From: Bacilli bacterium
GTDB lineage: Bacteria > Bacillota_I > Bacilli_A > RFN20 > CAG-826
Assembly (NCBI GenBank): GCA_024687185.1
Contig: JAILEX010000073.1
Span: 41-64,040 of the forward strand
Length of the DNA: 64,000 nt
Direction of reading: 5' to 3'
Part shown: in pieces, positions 47,130 to 57,776 of the stretch
Numbering within the stretch: the stretch's first letter is position 1
How the letters are laid out: each line of letters opens with the position of its first letter
Made by a program: the position numbers and the translations under genes
Notes under the pieces: generated by a model
Told to the model about the DNA's origin: nothing
Databases searched by the model: none
Seen by the model: only the letters and a program-made list of their open reading frames with translations

Positions 47130-48313
47130 AGATCGCGGTCGTCGGTTTGGGCTATGTGGGTGCCTCAATTGCCGCCTGCCTTTCCCCAAAACACGAAGTC
47201 ATTGGCTTCGATATCGATAAGGAGAAGGCGGATAAGGTCAATCGTGGTGACTTTTCTTTCCTTGGTCCTACCCAAGACGAACTAATCAAAAAAGAGGGGC
47301 TTTCCTTTCTTTGCGCCCCAAGTTTGGATGATGCCATAAAGGGAAGCGACTTCATCATCGTTGCCGTCCCAACCGATTACCATGAATCCTTATCTAGGCT
47401 AGACACCTCGATAGTGGAAGAGGTGGTAGGATCCTGCGTTAGGGCCAATTCCAATGCCACCATCGTCATCAAGTCGACCGTGCCCATCGGTTTTTGCGAT
47501 AGCCTGCAAGACGTCTATAAAGAGGCCACCATCCTCTTCTCACCGGAGTTTTTAAGGGAGACGACCTCGATCGAAGATACCTTCTTCCCCTCTAGGATCA
47601 TCGTGGGTTCTAGAAAGGAAAATAAGGCGAAATCGCTGCAATTCCTTGATATTTTATCTGATATTTGCCGTAACTTTGAGGCTAAGAAGATGACGATGAG
47701 CCTAATCGAGGCGGAGTCGGTCAAGCTTTTCACCAATACCTATCTCGCCCTTAGGGTAGCCTATTTCAATGAGCTCGATTCCTTTGCCTATTCCAAGGGG
47801 ATGGACGCCAAAAAGGTGATAGGCGGGGTTTGTGCCGACACTAGGATCGGCGATAACTATAACAATCCCTCCTTCGGCTATGGCGGGTATTGTCTGCCAA
47901 AGGATAGCAAACAGCTTTTCTCTTCCTATGAGGGCGTGCCAGAGGAAATCGTGAAGGCCACGATAGCCTCCAACTCCATCCGCGTATCCTTCATCGTCGA
48001 CGCGGTGAAAAGGAAGGTCGAGGCAAAGGAAGACCCCGTTATCGGCATCTACCGCCTCAATCAGAAGAAGGGTTCGAATTCGTTAAGGAATTCCACCTCC
48101 GCCAGGGTGCTTGAATCCTTAAGCGAGGAAGGCTATTCCGTCCTTGTCTATGAGCCGCTATTGACGATGGGCGAATATCTTGGCGCGAAGGTAGATAACG
48201 ATTTGCCTTCCTTCCTCTCTTCTTGCGATTTGATCGTCGCAAACCGCTACGAAAAGGAACTAGAACCAGCCAAGGCAAAGGTCTTTACCAGGGACCTTTT
48301 CGGCGAGAATTGA
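47126..48313 (+). CDS. ugd: UDP-glucose 6-dehydrogenase family nucleotide-sugar dehydrogenase
   Basis: 395 aa. N-terminus MKIAVVGLGYVG and the catalytic Cys context GFGYGGYCLPKD. Confidence 0.85.
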   Translation: MKIAVVGLGYVGASIAACLSPKHEVIGFDIDKEKADKVNRGDFSFLGPTQDELIKKEGLSFLCAPSLDDAIKGSDFIIVAVPTDYHESLSRLDTSIVEEVVGSCVRANSNATIVIKSTVPIGFCDSLQDVYKEATILFSPEFLRETTSIEDTFFPSRIIVGSRKENKAKSLQFLDILSDICRNFEAKKMTMSLIEAESVKLFTNTYLALRVAYFNELDSFAYSKGMDAKKVIGGVCADTRIGDNYNNPSFGYGGYCLPKDSKQLFSSYEGVPEEIVKATIASNSIRVSFIVDAVKRKVEAKEDPVIGIYRLNQKKGSNSLRNSTSARVLESLSEEGYSVLVYEPLLTMGEYLGAKVDNDLPSFLSSCDLIVANRYEKELEPAKAKVFTRDLFGEN

Positions 48314-48424
48314 CCTAGGTAACCGCTTACCTTACTTGTTTTCGTATATGTGCACGCGTAAAGGTGCTATAGTTTTCGTCGGTTAAATCCTATGGATTTT
48401 CCCTACGCTTCAGAGGATAGGCCT

Positions 48425-49192
48425 ATGTTAATTTGCTTCGATATCGGTAACTCCACCGTCTCCATCGGATGCTTTGGGGACAATGGGTTGCTTTATGCTA
48501 CCTCCATCCCAAGCAATCCTAGGCCTAACATAGAGCAGTGGGAAGGCGTGTTCGAAGCCTTGCTCAAATATGGCAAGAAGGAAAGATACGAAGTCACCGG
48601 GGTCGCCTATTCTAGCGTCGTCCCCGATATCGAGGAAAAGGTAAAGGAAGCCGCCATATCCTATTTCGGGTTGGAACCCTATTCCGTCACCATCGCCTCC
48701 GATTTGGGGCTAAGGGTCAACGTCGACCACCCCGAGGAAGTGGGCGCCGACCTTCTTTCCGATGCGGTCGCCGCGAAGAAGATAAGCGGCGGGGATACCG
48801 TCATCGTCGATATGGGCACCGCGACCAAGATCATCCTATTAGGGGAAGAGGGGTCATTTGAAGGCTGCACGATCGGCGTGGGCCCGGGCATCGCCAAAAA
48901 GGCCCTCAACCTAGATACCGCCGCGCTTCCCGAAGTCGAATTCTCCCTTCCTAAGAAGGTGCTAGGCAAAAATACCCACGATTCCATCAATTCCGCATTG
49001 TTCTATGGCCTATCCGCCGAGGCGAGGGGCCTATGCGATATGATCGAAAGGGAATATGGCAAGCCCCTTCACCGCGTTTTGACCGGCGGCTATGCCAATT
49101 TGATAAAGGAACTCCTAGGAGAGTTCAGCTTTTATCCCGACCTCGCCCTATATGGGGTAAGGGAAGTCTACCTGAGGAACAAAAAAGCCTAA
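48425..49192 (+). CDS. coaX: Type III pantothenate kinase
   Basis: N-terminus MLICFDIGNSTV, internal VIVDMGTATK. The start is chosen at ATG 48425 (RBS GAGGA), not at the ORF-track start 48392. Confidence 0.85.
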   Translation: MLICFDIGNSTVSIGCFGDNGLLYATSIPSNPRPNIEQWEGVFEALLKYGKKERYEVTGVAYSSVVPDIEEKVKEAAISYFGLEPYSVTIASDLGLRVNVDHPEEVGADLLSDAVAAKKISGGDTVIVDMGTATKIILLGEEGSFEGCTIGVGPGIAKKALNLDTAALPEVEFSLPKKVLGKNTHDSINSALFYGLSAEARGLCDMIEREYGKPLHRVLTGGYANLIKELLGEFSFYPDLALYGVREVYLRNKKA

Positions 49193-49212
49193 TAGAGAAA
49201 GAATAAAAAGAA

Positions 49213-49947
49213 ATGGATTACGAAAACATCCGCGCGCTCATCGCGCTTATACTCGTGCTCGCGATTTCCCTTTGGATGGTCATATTCGACCGCAAGGGGA
49301 AGGAAGAGGAAATCGACGAGGAGGACAAGAGGAGGAAGCGCATCCGCTCCATGGCCTTCGATGCCGTCATCATCGCCCTTCTCATCGCCATGAGCTTCAT
49401 CCCCTATGTCGGGTTTATCAACGTCGGACCCTTCTCCCTTACCTTGCTCCATCTCCCCGTTTTGCTAGGGGCGAGCCTATTCGGCTGGAAAAGGGGTTTG
49501 ATCTATGGGACCGTCTTCGGCCTACTTTCCTGGGCGAAGGCGCTTTCTGGCGCCACCAGCGTATTCGACATCGCCTTCCAAAAGATTTATGTGGCCGTGC
49601 CGCCTAGGATGCTATTTGGGCTAATCATCGGCGTCCTTTCTAGCGTCACCATGAAGATAAGGGACGAGAAGAAGAGGAACGTCTTCCTAATCGTTTCTTG
49701 CTTCGTCTCGACTTGCCTACACACCGTTTTGGTCTTCGGCGACCTCTTCCTGGCGGAAAGCTGGGTCTTCGGCTGGGTCTTCTCCGACTCCGTCGCGATC
49801 GAAGGCACGGGTATCACGATTCTGGGCTTCCTTGCCATCGGCATGGTCCTAGAGGCGAGCTTGGGCGCCATCATCACCCCAATATTGAACAAGACGCTAA
49901 AGCGCGCGATCCCAACCTTGAAGACCGCCGAAAGCGCATCCATGTAA
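49213..49947 (+). CDS. ECF-transporter S-component-like membrane protein (possibly pantothenate-specific, by context)
   Basis: 244 aa with about 6 TM helices. The segment FIPYVGFINVGPFSLTLLHLPVLLG resembles ECF S components. The substrate guess rests only on adjacency to coaX. Confidence 0.55.
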   Translation: MDYENIRALIALILVLAISLWMVIFDRKGKEEEIDEEDKRRKRIRSMAFDAVIIALLIAMSFIPYVGFINVGPFSLTLLHLPVLLGASLFGWKRGLIYGTVFGLLSWAKALSGATSVFDIAFQKIYVAVPPRMLFGLIIGVLSSVTMKIRDEKKRNVFLIVSCFVSTCLHTVLVFGDLFLAESWVFGWVFSDSVAIEGTGITILGFLAIGMVLEASLGAIITPILNKTLKRAIPTLKTAESASM

Positions 49948-50008
49948 AAGAAAACAACCTTAGGGAATAAGGAAAACGTTATAGAAGAAGTAAGAAGGGA
50001 AAATAGAT

Positions 50009-51385
50009 ATGCCAAACTTCAAAAAACTTGCCCAAAACTACCATGGCCTAGCCGAGGGCGCCTTAGTGGAATTCGTGAAGAAGAAATCCGTTTATGACGC
50101 CTCCACAATCGAAAAGGGAGCACCCTTTGGAAAAGGGGTCAAAGGCGCTTTGGACTTCATCGCCAACCTAGGCGAGGAATATGGATTCGATGTCGATCGC
50201 TGCGATGGCTATGCCACCGAGATCAGCTTCGGTAGCGGATCTGGACCCTTAGTTGGCATCTATGCCCATAGCGACGTCGTGCCGGTCTCCGGGAAATGGG
50301 ATAAGGATCCCTTCTCCGGCAACATCGTCGGCGAAGGCAAGGAGAGGAAGATGATCTCCCGCGGCTCCACCGACGACAAAGGCCCCCTCATCGCGGCTTT
50401 GATGGCCATGAAGCTATTAAAGGACAATAACCTCCTCGAAGGATATCGCGTAAGGCTAGTTAGCGGCGGCGACGAGGAAAGGGGATCCTCTTGCTTGCGC
50501 TACTATTTCGAAACCCTCAAAAAGCCTCATTGCGACTATGGTTTCACCCCCGATGCGGATTTCCCCCTCATCTATGCCGAAAAGGGTATTTACCATGGCT
50601 TGATTAGGCGCAAAGTCGACCTAGCCCCGATAATCGGGATCTCTGGGGGACACGTCTCCAATGCGGTCTGCGACCATATCGTCGTCACCGTCAAATCCGA
50701 TAAGAAGCTAGAAAGGAAGCTCGTCGAGGAAAAGCTCGCCGACGTCTCGAGTATCGGCGAGGCGATGGTTTTGACCTTCAAAGGCAAAACCTCCCATGGC
50801 TCGATGCCCCAACTTGGCGATAACGCCGGCATCAAGGCCTTCAGGGTCCTAGGCGAATATTATGGCAACGAATACCTAAAGACCCTTGCCTCCGCGCTTT
50901 CCGATCCTTTCGGCGCCAATTTCGGCGGCAAGGAGAGCAGCCCCGAATTAGGCGAGAATACCTATAACTATGGCATCTTCAAATACGATGACCATTCCAA
51001 ATTCCTTTGCATCACCCTCGACTTCCGCTATGGCGAAGCCGCCCATCCAGACGATTGCGTCGAGAAGATGAAGAAGGCCATCTCTAGCGACGTCATCATC
51101 GGCGGCAAGGCCGAGATCCTCATCATGGACAAGAAGTCCCCCTTGGTCTCCACCTTGATGAAATCCTATAAGAGGCAATCCCATAAGCTCTTCGCCAAGC
51201 CCTATGCGATCGGAGGCGGGACCTACGCCAAAGAGGCGAAGAACACCGTCGCCTATGGCGGAGCCTTCCCTGGCCGCCCTGGCAACATCCATTCGCCCAA
51301 CGAATATTTCCTGATGGAAGACCTATACGATTCGATTGCCTATTATGCAGACGCGATCTATTCCTTGGGCCAACTAAGGAAATAA
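50009..51385 (+). CDS. pepV: M20-family dipeptidase (PepV/Sapep-like)
   Basis: 458 aa. Motifs YAHSDVVP and SRGSTDDKGP. Length and lid-domain pattern are typical of PepV. Confidence 0.8.
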   Translation: MPNFKKLAQNYHGLAEGALVEFVKKKSVYDASTIEKGAPFGKGVKGALDFIANLGEEYGFDVDRCDGYATEISFGSGSGPLVGIYAHSDVVPVSGKWDKDPFSGNIVGEGKERKMISRGSTDDKGPLIAALMAMKLLKDNNLLEGYRVRLVSGGDEERGSSCLRYYFETLKKPHCDYGFTPDADFPLIYAEKGIYHGLIRRKVDLAPIIGISGGHVSNAVCDHIVVTVKSDKKLERKLVEEKLADVSSIGEAMVLTFKGKTSHGSMPQLGDNAGIKAFRVLGEYYGNEYLKTLASALSDPFGANFGGKESSPELGENTYNYGIFKYDDHSKFLCITLDFRYGEAAHPDDCVEKMKKAISSDVIIGGKAEILIMDKKSPLVSTLMKSYKRQSHKLFAKPYAIGGGTYAKEAKNTVAYGGAFPGRPGNIHSPNEYFLMEDLYDSIAYYADAIYSLGQLRK

Positions 51386-51400
51386 AAGCGAAATAGGACT

Positions 51401-52012
51401 ATGAGGGCAAGGAAGAAGAAGTGGGTCAGCCCATATTTGGAAAGCCACCCCGAACTAGACGGGGAATCCTTTGATCCCGCCCCTTTTAAGGGGAAATCGC
51501 CTTTATATTTGGAAATAGGGACCGGCAAAGGCGACTTCATCGTCGCCCAAAGCCAGAAGATAGAAGGGACCTATATCGGATTAGAAAGAGATGAGATGGT
51601 CCTTTCGATCGCCCATAAGAAAGTCGTTTCAAGCGAATGCAAGGAAGTATACCTATACCGCGCCGACTTCGATTTCCTCTTTGAGAGGCTAAGTGGGCTT
51701 TCCTTTGACATCATCTATTTGAATTTCTCCGACCCCTGGCCCAAAAAACGCCACGAGAAAAGGAGGCTTACCTTCGCGCCAAGGCTTAGGAACATCGTTT
51801 CCTTGCTTAGCGAAAAAGGTGAACTCCGCATCAAAACCGATAACGACACCCTCTTCGAGTTCACCCTCGAGCAGGCTGTGGAGGTCGGGCTTCACGAAGT
51901 CAGCGTCGACAAAGACTATCAGACCGATAGCGAAACCGACTCCGTGACCGAATATGAGGCCGCCTGGAGAGGGAAGGGCAAAAACATATACCGCATGGTA
52001 TATACTAAATAA
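51401..52012 (+). CDS. trmB: tRNA (guanine46-N7)-methyltransferase
   Basis: 203 aa. Motifs LEIGTGKGDF and LNFSDPWPKKRHEKRRL. Confidence 0.9.
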   Translation: MRARKKKWVSPYLESHPELDGESFDPAPFKGKSPLYLEIGTGKGDFIVAQSQKIEGTYIGLERDEMVLSIAHKKVVSSECKEVYLYRADFDFLFERLSGLSFDIIYLNFSDPWPKKRHEKRRLTFAPRLRNIVSLLSEKGELRIKTDNDTLFEFTLEQAVEVGLHEVSVDKDYQTDSETDSVTEYEAAWRGKGKNIYRMVYTK

Positions 52013-52035
52013 GAAGAAAAGAAGGAGCAAAGCCT

Positions 52036-52629
52036 ATGTACCGCCTTTATTATAACCATAAGACCAACGGCGATATCCTCTTCCTGGTCTATGAGCCAGA
52101 GAGCTATCCGGATAGAGTCGAGCAACGCGACGATATCGTCGCCCTCTATAAGGAAGACCGCCTGATCGGGGTCAATTTCCTCCATATCGGCAAAATCATG
52201 AAGATCCGCGCGGACGGGATGATCGTGACCCCCGAGGATAAGATGGTCGAGGTCCTCTCCTCCATGATGGAAAACGCGGGCTTGCCCTCTTTGCCCCCTT
52301 GCACCGATTCCGGCTACGTCGTCGCCAAGGTTTTGAAGATAGAGGAACACCCCCTAAACGAAAAACTATCCATCTTGACCCTGGACATTAAGGAAAAGAC
52401 CCTTACCACCGTCACTAGGTATAACAACTTCAAAGAAGGCGACCACGTGGTCATCGCCAAAGATAATTGCTTGCGCTTCGATGGCAGCGCCTTCCACGCA
52501 AGGGTGGAAAGAAACATCCCAATCGAGTGCGAACTCTGTTCCGAAAAAGACCTCCGCCTAGGGGAGGAAGATAAGAAGGCGATAGTCGCCAACGAGCTTT
52601 CCTTCGGCATGGATTTCTTCCTCCGCTAA
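52036..52629 (+). CDS. ytpR: YtpR-like tRNA-binding domain protein
   Basis: 197 aa. N-terminal DUF4479-like part plus a C-terminal OB-fold tRNA_bind-like segment (AKVLKIEEHPLNEKLSILTLDIKEK...). Lies downstream of trmB, as in Bacilli. Confidence 0.7.
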   Translation: MYRLYYNHKTNGDILFLVYEPESYPDRVEQRDDIVALYKEDRLIGVNFLHIGKIMKIRADGMIVTPEDKMVEVLSSMMENAGLPSLPPCTDSGYVVAKVLKIEEHPLNEKLSILTLDIKEKTLTTVTRYNNFKEGDHVVIAKDNCLRFDGSAFHARVERNIPIECELCSEKDLRLGEEDKKAIVANELSFGMDFFLR

Positions 52630-52846
52630 TTAAGATTTTTTTATAAACCGAACGAAATAAGCCAAAATGTATGGCGAGATTCATTTTCTTTTTTTGACAA
52701 TTTGCGAAAGAAAATGTGCCATTTATGAAGTTTTTATATCAAATTTTGTCATGCAAAAATGAAAAAAATTTTCAAAAATGCCGATTTTATGGGAAAAATG
52801 CCCGTCAATTGCTTAAATTATTTAAGAAATCATGAAAAAATTATGA

Positions 52847-52875
52847 TTGCTTATTGGTATCAATTTAAGGATAAT
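52847..52875 (+). promoter_or_regulatory. Candidate promoter of the LacI-family regulator gene
   Basis: TTGCTT (52847-52852), 17 nt, GATAAT (52870-52875), about 65 nt upstream of ATG 52943. Confidence 0.4.
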
Positions 52876-52942
52876 TTTGTCACCTAGAACAGTGATACGA
52901 CAAAAAACATGCTGTTTTGGCTTACAAAAGAGAGTACTACCC

Positions 52943-53971
52943 ATGAATTACGAAAAAGATCGCGTCACCATCTACCAAGTCGCCAAGGCCTCCGGCGTTT
53001 CTTTGGCCACGGTCAGTAGGGTCATCAACAAGCAGGGTTCGGTTACCCCCGCCACGAGGAAGAAGGTTGAGGACACCATCGCCCGTTTGGGCTATCGCCC
53101 CTCCTCCTTGGCCCAGTCGCTTGCGACCAATAGGACCACCAATATCGGGGTCGTCATCCCTAGCGCCAACTACGTATTTATCTCCAATGTCCTCGCCGGC
53201 ATCACCGAAGTGGCGAGGGAAAGGGGCTATCTATTGACCCTATTCGCCACCACCCATTCTAGGGAAGAGGCCCTCGCCTCCATCGAGAAGGTCATCTCCA
53301 GCCACGTCGACGGCGTCATCGTCTTCGACGACCAGCTTTCCAAAGACGACGTCTCCGTCATCACCTCCTATAACGTTCCCGCCGTCATCATCGACGAGCA
53401 GGTTTCCGGCGACATCGTGGCCAATATCCACCTAAGCTACGATCCCTTGCTCACTAGCTTCATCAAGCAATATTATTCCAGGCGTGGCAACAAGGCCATG
53501 AGTTTCCTCCACGTCCATAACGCGGGCCGCCTCCTCCAGCATGCCGAAAAGAGCTTCATCCGCAACCATAACGAACTCGGCAAGGAATATAACATCATCA
53601 ACTGCGACGATTCCTACACCCGTACATACGCGCAGTTCCTTGAATATTTCAAGACCAACCGTTCTGGGCTATTCGTCTGCTACCGCGACTCCATCGGCGC
53701 CGCCGTCATGAACGCCGCCACCGATAGCGGGCTAAACGTCCCCAATGACGTAGAGATCCTTACCCTCATCGGCACCAAATACGCCAGGATCTGCCGTCCC
53801 GTCCTCTCTTGCTTCCATATCGACATGGAAGAGGTGGGGAAAAGGAGTATGTACATGCTGATCGACTTGATCAACAACCAGCTCCAGGAGCGCACGGCGA
53901 CCTTCGATGCCACCTATTCGATCGGTGAAAGCACCGTCGATAGGAGGGGGCTAGACCCTGATTACAAATAA
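52943..53971 (+). CDS. LacI family transcriptional regulator
   Basis: N-terminal HTH VTIYQVAKASGVSLATVSRVINKQGSVTPATRKKVEDTIARLGYRPSSLAQSL, followed by a periplasmic-binding-protein-like sugar-binding fold. The start is at ATG 52943, not at ORF-track 52847. Confidence 0.85.
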   Translation: MNYEKDRVTIYQVAKASGVSLATVSRVINKQGSVTPATRKKVEDTIARLGYRPSSLAQSLATNRTTNIGVVIPSANYVFISNVLAGITEVARERGYLLTLFATTHSREEALASIEKVISSHVDGVIVFDDQLSKDDVSVITSYNVPAVIIDEQVSGDIVANIHLSYDPLLTSFIKQYYSRRGNKAMSFLHVHNAGRLLQHAEKSFIRNHNELGKEYNIINCDDSYTRTYAQFLEYFKTNRSGLFVCYRDSIGAAVMNAATDSGLNVPNDVEILTLIGTKYARICRPVLSCFHIDMEEVGKRSMYMLIDLINNQLQERTATFDATYSIGESTVDRRGLDPDYK

Positions 53972-53991
53972 GGATAAATCTTTGATTTAGG

Positions 53992-54023
53992 ACCCCTTAG
54001 CGATAAGGGGTTTTCCTTTTTTT
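53992..54023 (+). terminator. Terminator after the LacI-family gene
   Basis: Stem ACCCCTTA/TAAGGGGT with a GCGA loop, then TTTCCTTTTTTT. Confidence 0.75.
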
Positions 54024-54044
54024 CCGAAACGTGTTTCAAATTCT

Positions 54045-54086
54045 TTGGCACTCAGGTGTTGACACTGCTAAAGAATTGCATACAAT
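54045..54086 (+). promoter_or_regulatory. groESL promoter with an overlapping CIRCE-like inverted repeat
   Basis: TTGGCACTC-N9-CACTGCTAA (54045-54071) matches the CIRCE consensus TTAGCACTC-N9-GAGTGCTAA at 15/18. TTGACA (54059-54064), 16 nt, TACAAT (54081-54086). Confidence 0.55.
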
Positions 54087-54122
54087 ATAAGGCGATTGAA
54101 GCGAAAGGAAGATGAAACAACA

Positions 54123-54404
54123 ATGATTAAACCACTTCATGATCACGTTCTACTGGAGAAGCTTCCCAATGAGAAGAAAGTCGGCTCCATCGTGCTAACC
54201 ACCGAAAAGAAAGTCGGTAACGTCGCCACCGTCGTCGCTATCGGCGAAGGCAAACTCGATGAGAAGGGCAATCTCCGCCCCGTCTCCGTCGAAGTCGGGG
54301 AAAAGGTCATCTACCGCGAATACGCCGGTACCGATTACGAGGATAACGGACACAAATACCTCCTTCTCAAGGACGAGGACATCCTCGCCGTCGTAGAAGA
54401 CTGA
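54123..54404 (+). CDS. groES: Co-chaperonin GroES
   Basis: N-terminus MIKPLHDHVLLE, internal GDKVIY-like EKVIYREYAGT. About 93 aa from ATG 54123. Confidence 0.95.
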   Translation: MIKPLHDHVLLEKLPNEKKVGSIVLTTEKKVGNVATVVAIGEGKLDEKGNLRPVSVEVGEKVIYREYAGTDYEDNGHKYLLLKDEDILAVVED

Positions 54405-54409
54405 GTTAG

Positions 54410-56047
<1,638 letters not shown>

Positions 56048-56068
56048 TCCCATAAAAACCCAAAAAGA

Positions 56069-56108
56069 GGGCACCCATACATCAATATTCGTGGGTGTCC
56101 TTTTTTCT
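56069..56108 (+). terminator. groESL terminator
   Basis: 9-bp stem GGGCACCCA/UGGGUGUCC (one G-U pair) with a 14-nt loop, then TTTTTTCTTT. Confidence 0.7.
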
Positions 56109-56166
56109 TTCTTTGTCTTTCTATCCAATTGGGATAGAATTATCCCCGCAACAAAGGAGAAACCCC

Positions 56167-57414
56167 ATGGATTTCATTGATGAACTGAATTACCGCGGAT
56201 TAATCGAGCAATATTCCAACGAAGAAGCCGTCCGTGACTTACTGAAGGAAAAGACCACCATCTATTGCGGCTTTGACCCTAGCGCCGGCAGCATGCATTT
56301 AGGAAACTATGTCATGATCTGCTTGCTAAAAAGGTTCCAAAAAGCCGGACATAAGGTCGTTGCGCTTGTTGGCGGGGCGACCGGCATGATTGGCGATCCT
56401 AGCGGCAAAAGCAAGGAAAGGAACCTCCAAACGAAGGAGAAACTATTCGAAAACACCGCCTCCATTAGGGCTCAGTTAGAGAAATACATCGATCTAAGCG
56501 ACCCCGAGAAAGGGTGCCTAGTCTCCAATTACGATTGGCTGGGCGATATGACCATGATCGATTTCCTGCGCGACTATGGCAAATATTTCTCCATCAACTA
56601 CATGCTTTCGAAGGAAATCGTGAAGTCTAGGCTTGATGCCGGGCTTTCCTTTACCGAATTCGCCTATCAGATCCTCCAGTCCATCGACTTCTATCATCTC
56701 CATCATACCTTAGGCGTTTCGATGCAGATCGGCGGCAATGACCAATGGGGCAACCTCACCTCCGGCTTAGAGCTTATCCGCAAAATCGATGGCAATGACG
56801 AAAAGGTCGAGGCAATGACAGGAAGATTGCTTCTAAGAAGCGATGGCAAGAAGTTTGGCAAAAGCGAAAAAGGCGCTTTGTTCCTTGATCCCTCCCTTAC
56901 CTCCCCCTATGCGATCTACCAGTATTTCATGAACGTCACCGACGAAGATGCGATCCGCTTCCTCAAGGTCTTCTCTTTCCTCACCCCCGAGGAAATCGAA
57001 GACGTCGCTAGGGAGCATTTCGCCTCTCCTGGCGCCCGCATCGGCCAAAAGAAGGTCGCCTATGAGGTCACGAAGGACGTGCACGGCAAAGAAGCCGCGG
57101 AAGAGGCCATCGCCATGACCCAGGTATTGTTCTCCGGCGAAGTCGCTTCCTTGAAGGAAAGCCAGATCGAAGAGCTTTTTGGCGACATGAAGGTGAAGTT
57201 AGAAGAAGGGGTTGGCATCATGGACGCGCTTGTCGCGGTTGGCGCCACCACCTCCAAAACCGAGGCCAGGAAGGCGATTCAGCAAAACGCCATCTCCCTT
57301 AATGGCGGCAAGGTCGCCGACATCAACCTAACCCTTTCCAAAGACAAGGCCCTTTATGGCAAATATCTCGTCTTAAGGAAGGGAAAGAAGAACTACTTCC
57401 TCGGTGAGCTCTAA
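56167..57414 (+). CDS. tyrS: Tyrosyl-tRNA synthetase
   Basis: The start at ATG 56167 (RBS AAAGGAGAAA) gives MDFIDELNYRGL. HIGH-type GFDPSAGSMHLGN, KFGKS motif and a C-terminal S4-like domain. Confidence 0.95.
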   Translation: MDFIDELNYRGLIEQYSNEEAVRDLLKEKTTIYCGFDPSAGSMHLGNYVMICLLKRFQKAGHKVVALVGGATGMIGDPSGKSKERNLQTKEKLFENTASIRAQLEKYIDLSDPEKGCLVSNYDWLGDMTMIDFLRDYGKYFSINYMLSKEIVKSRLDAGLSFTEFAYQILQSIDFYHLHHTLGVSMQIGGNDQWGNLTSGLELIRKIDGNDEKVEAMTGRLLLRSDGKKFGKSEKGALFLDPSLTSPYAIYQYFMNVTDEDAIRFLKVFSFLTPEEIEDVAREHFASPGARIGQKKVAYEVTKDVHGKEAAEEAIAMTQVLFSGEVASLKESQIEELFGDMKVKLEEGVGIMDALVAVGATTSKTEARKAIQQNAISLNGGKVADINLTLSKDKALYGKYLVLRKGKKNYFLGEL

Positions 57415-57439
57415 ACCTTATAGCTTCGTTAATGTAATC

Positions 57440-57467
57440 GCCTAGGTGAATTCCTAGGCTTTTTTTG
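57440..57467 (+). terminator. tyrS terminator
   Basis: Stem GCCTAGG/CCTAGGC with a 6-nt loop, then TTTTTTTG. Confidence 0.75.
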
Positions 57468-57727
57468 TTGAAAAACCTTATGCCTTACCCGCCGAGTTTC
57501 CTTGTTTGAAGCAATGGCATTCCTTAAAAGGCCATATACAAACACGTAAGTTCATGATGAGAAAAACCAAGGTTATGTGAGAAAAGGGAATTCGGTGAGA
57601 TAAAGGGAAGGTATGTGCTTTATCATGAGGAGGAAAAAGAAGAAGGAGAGTCCGTTTATCTTAACGTTTTCTCTTTCCTAAAGCCCTTGCCCCTATAGGC
57701 TTATATATAACAAGGATAAAGAGAAAG

Positions 57728-57755
57728 CCCCTCGCGCAGCTTGCGAGGGGTTTTT
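57728..57755. terminator. GC-rich hairpin downstream of rpsD, usable on either strand
   Basis: Stem CCCCTCGC/GCGAGGGG with a 7-nt loop. The + strand is followed by TTTTTG, and the - strand by CTTTCTCTTT. Confidence 0.7.
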
Positions 57756-57776
57756 GATTCCGTTTTGTGTCGGATA

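Noticed and set aside
52759-52887. 42-codon ORF (MKKIFKNADFMGKMPV...) in the AT-rich spacer before the LacI gene
   Set aside because: It has no RBS, overlaps the best promoter candidate, and the MKK-like start is easily produced by A-rich sequence. It cannot be supported from sequence alone.
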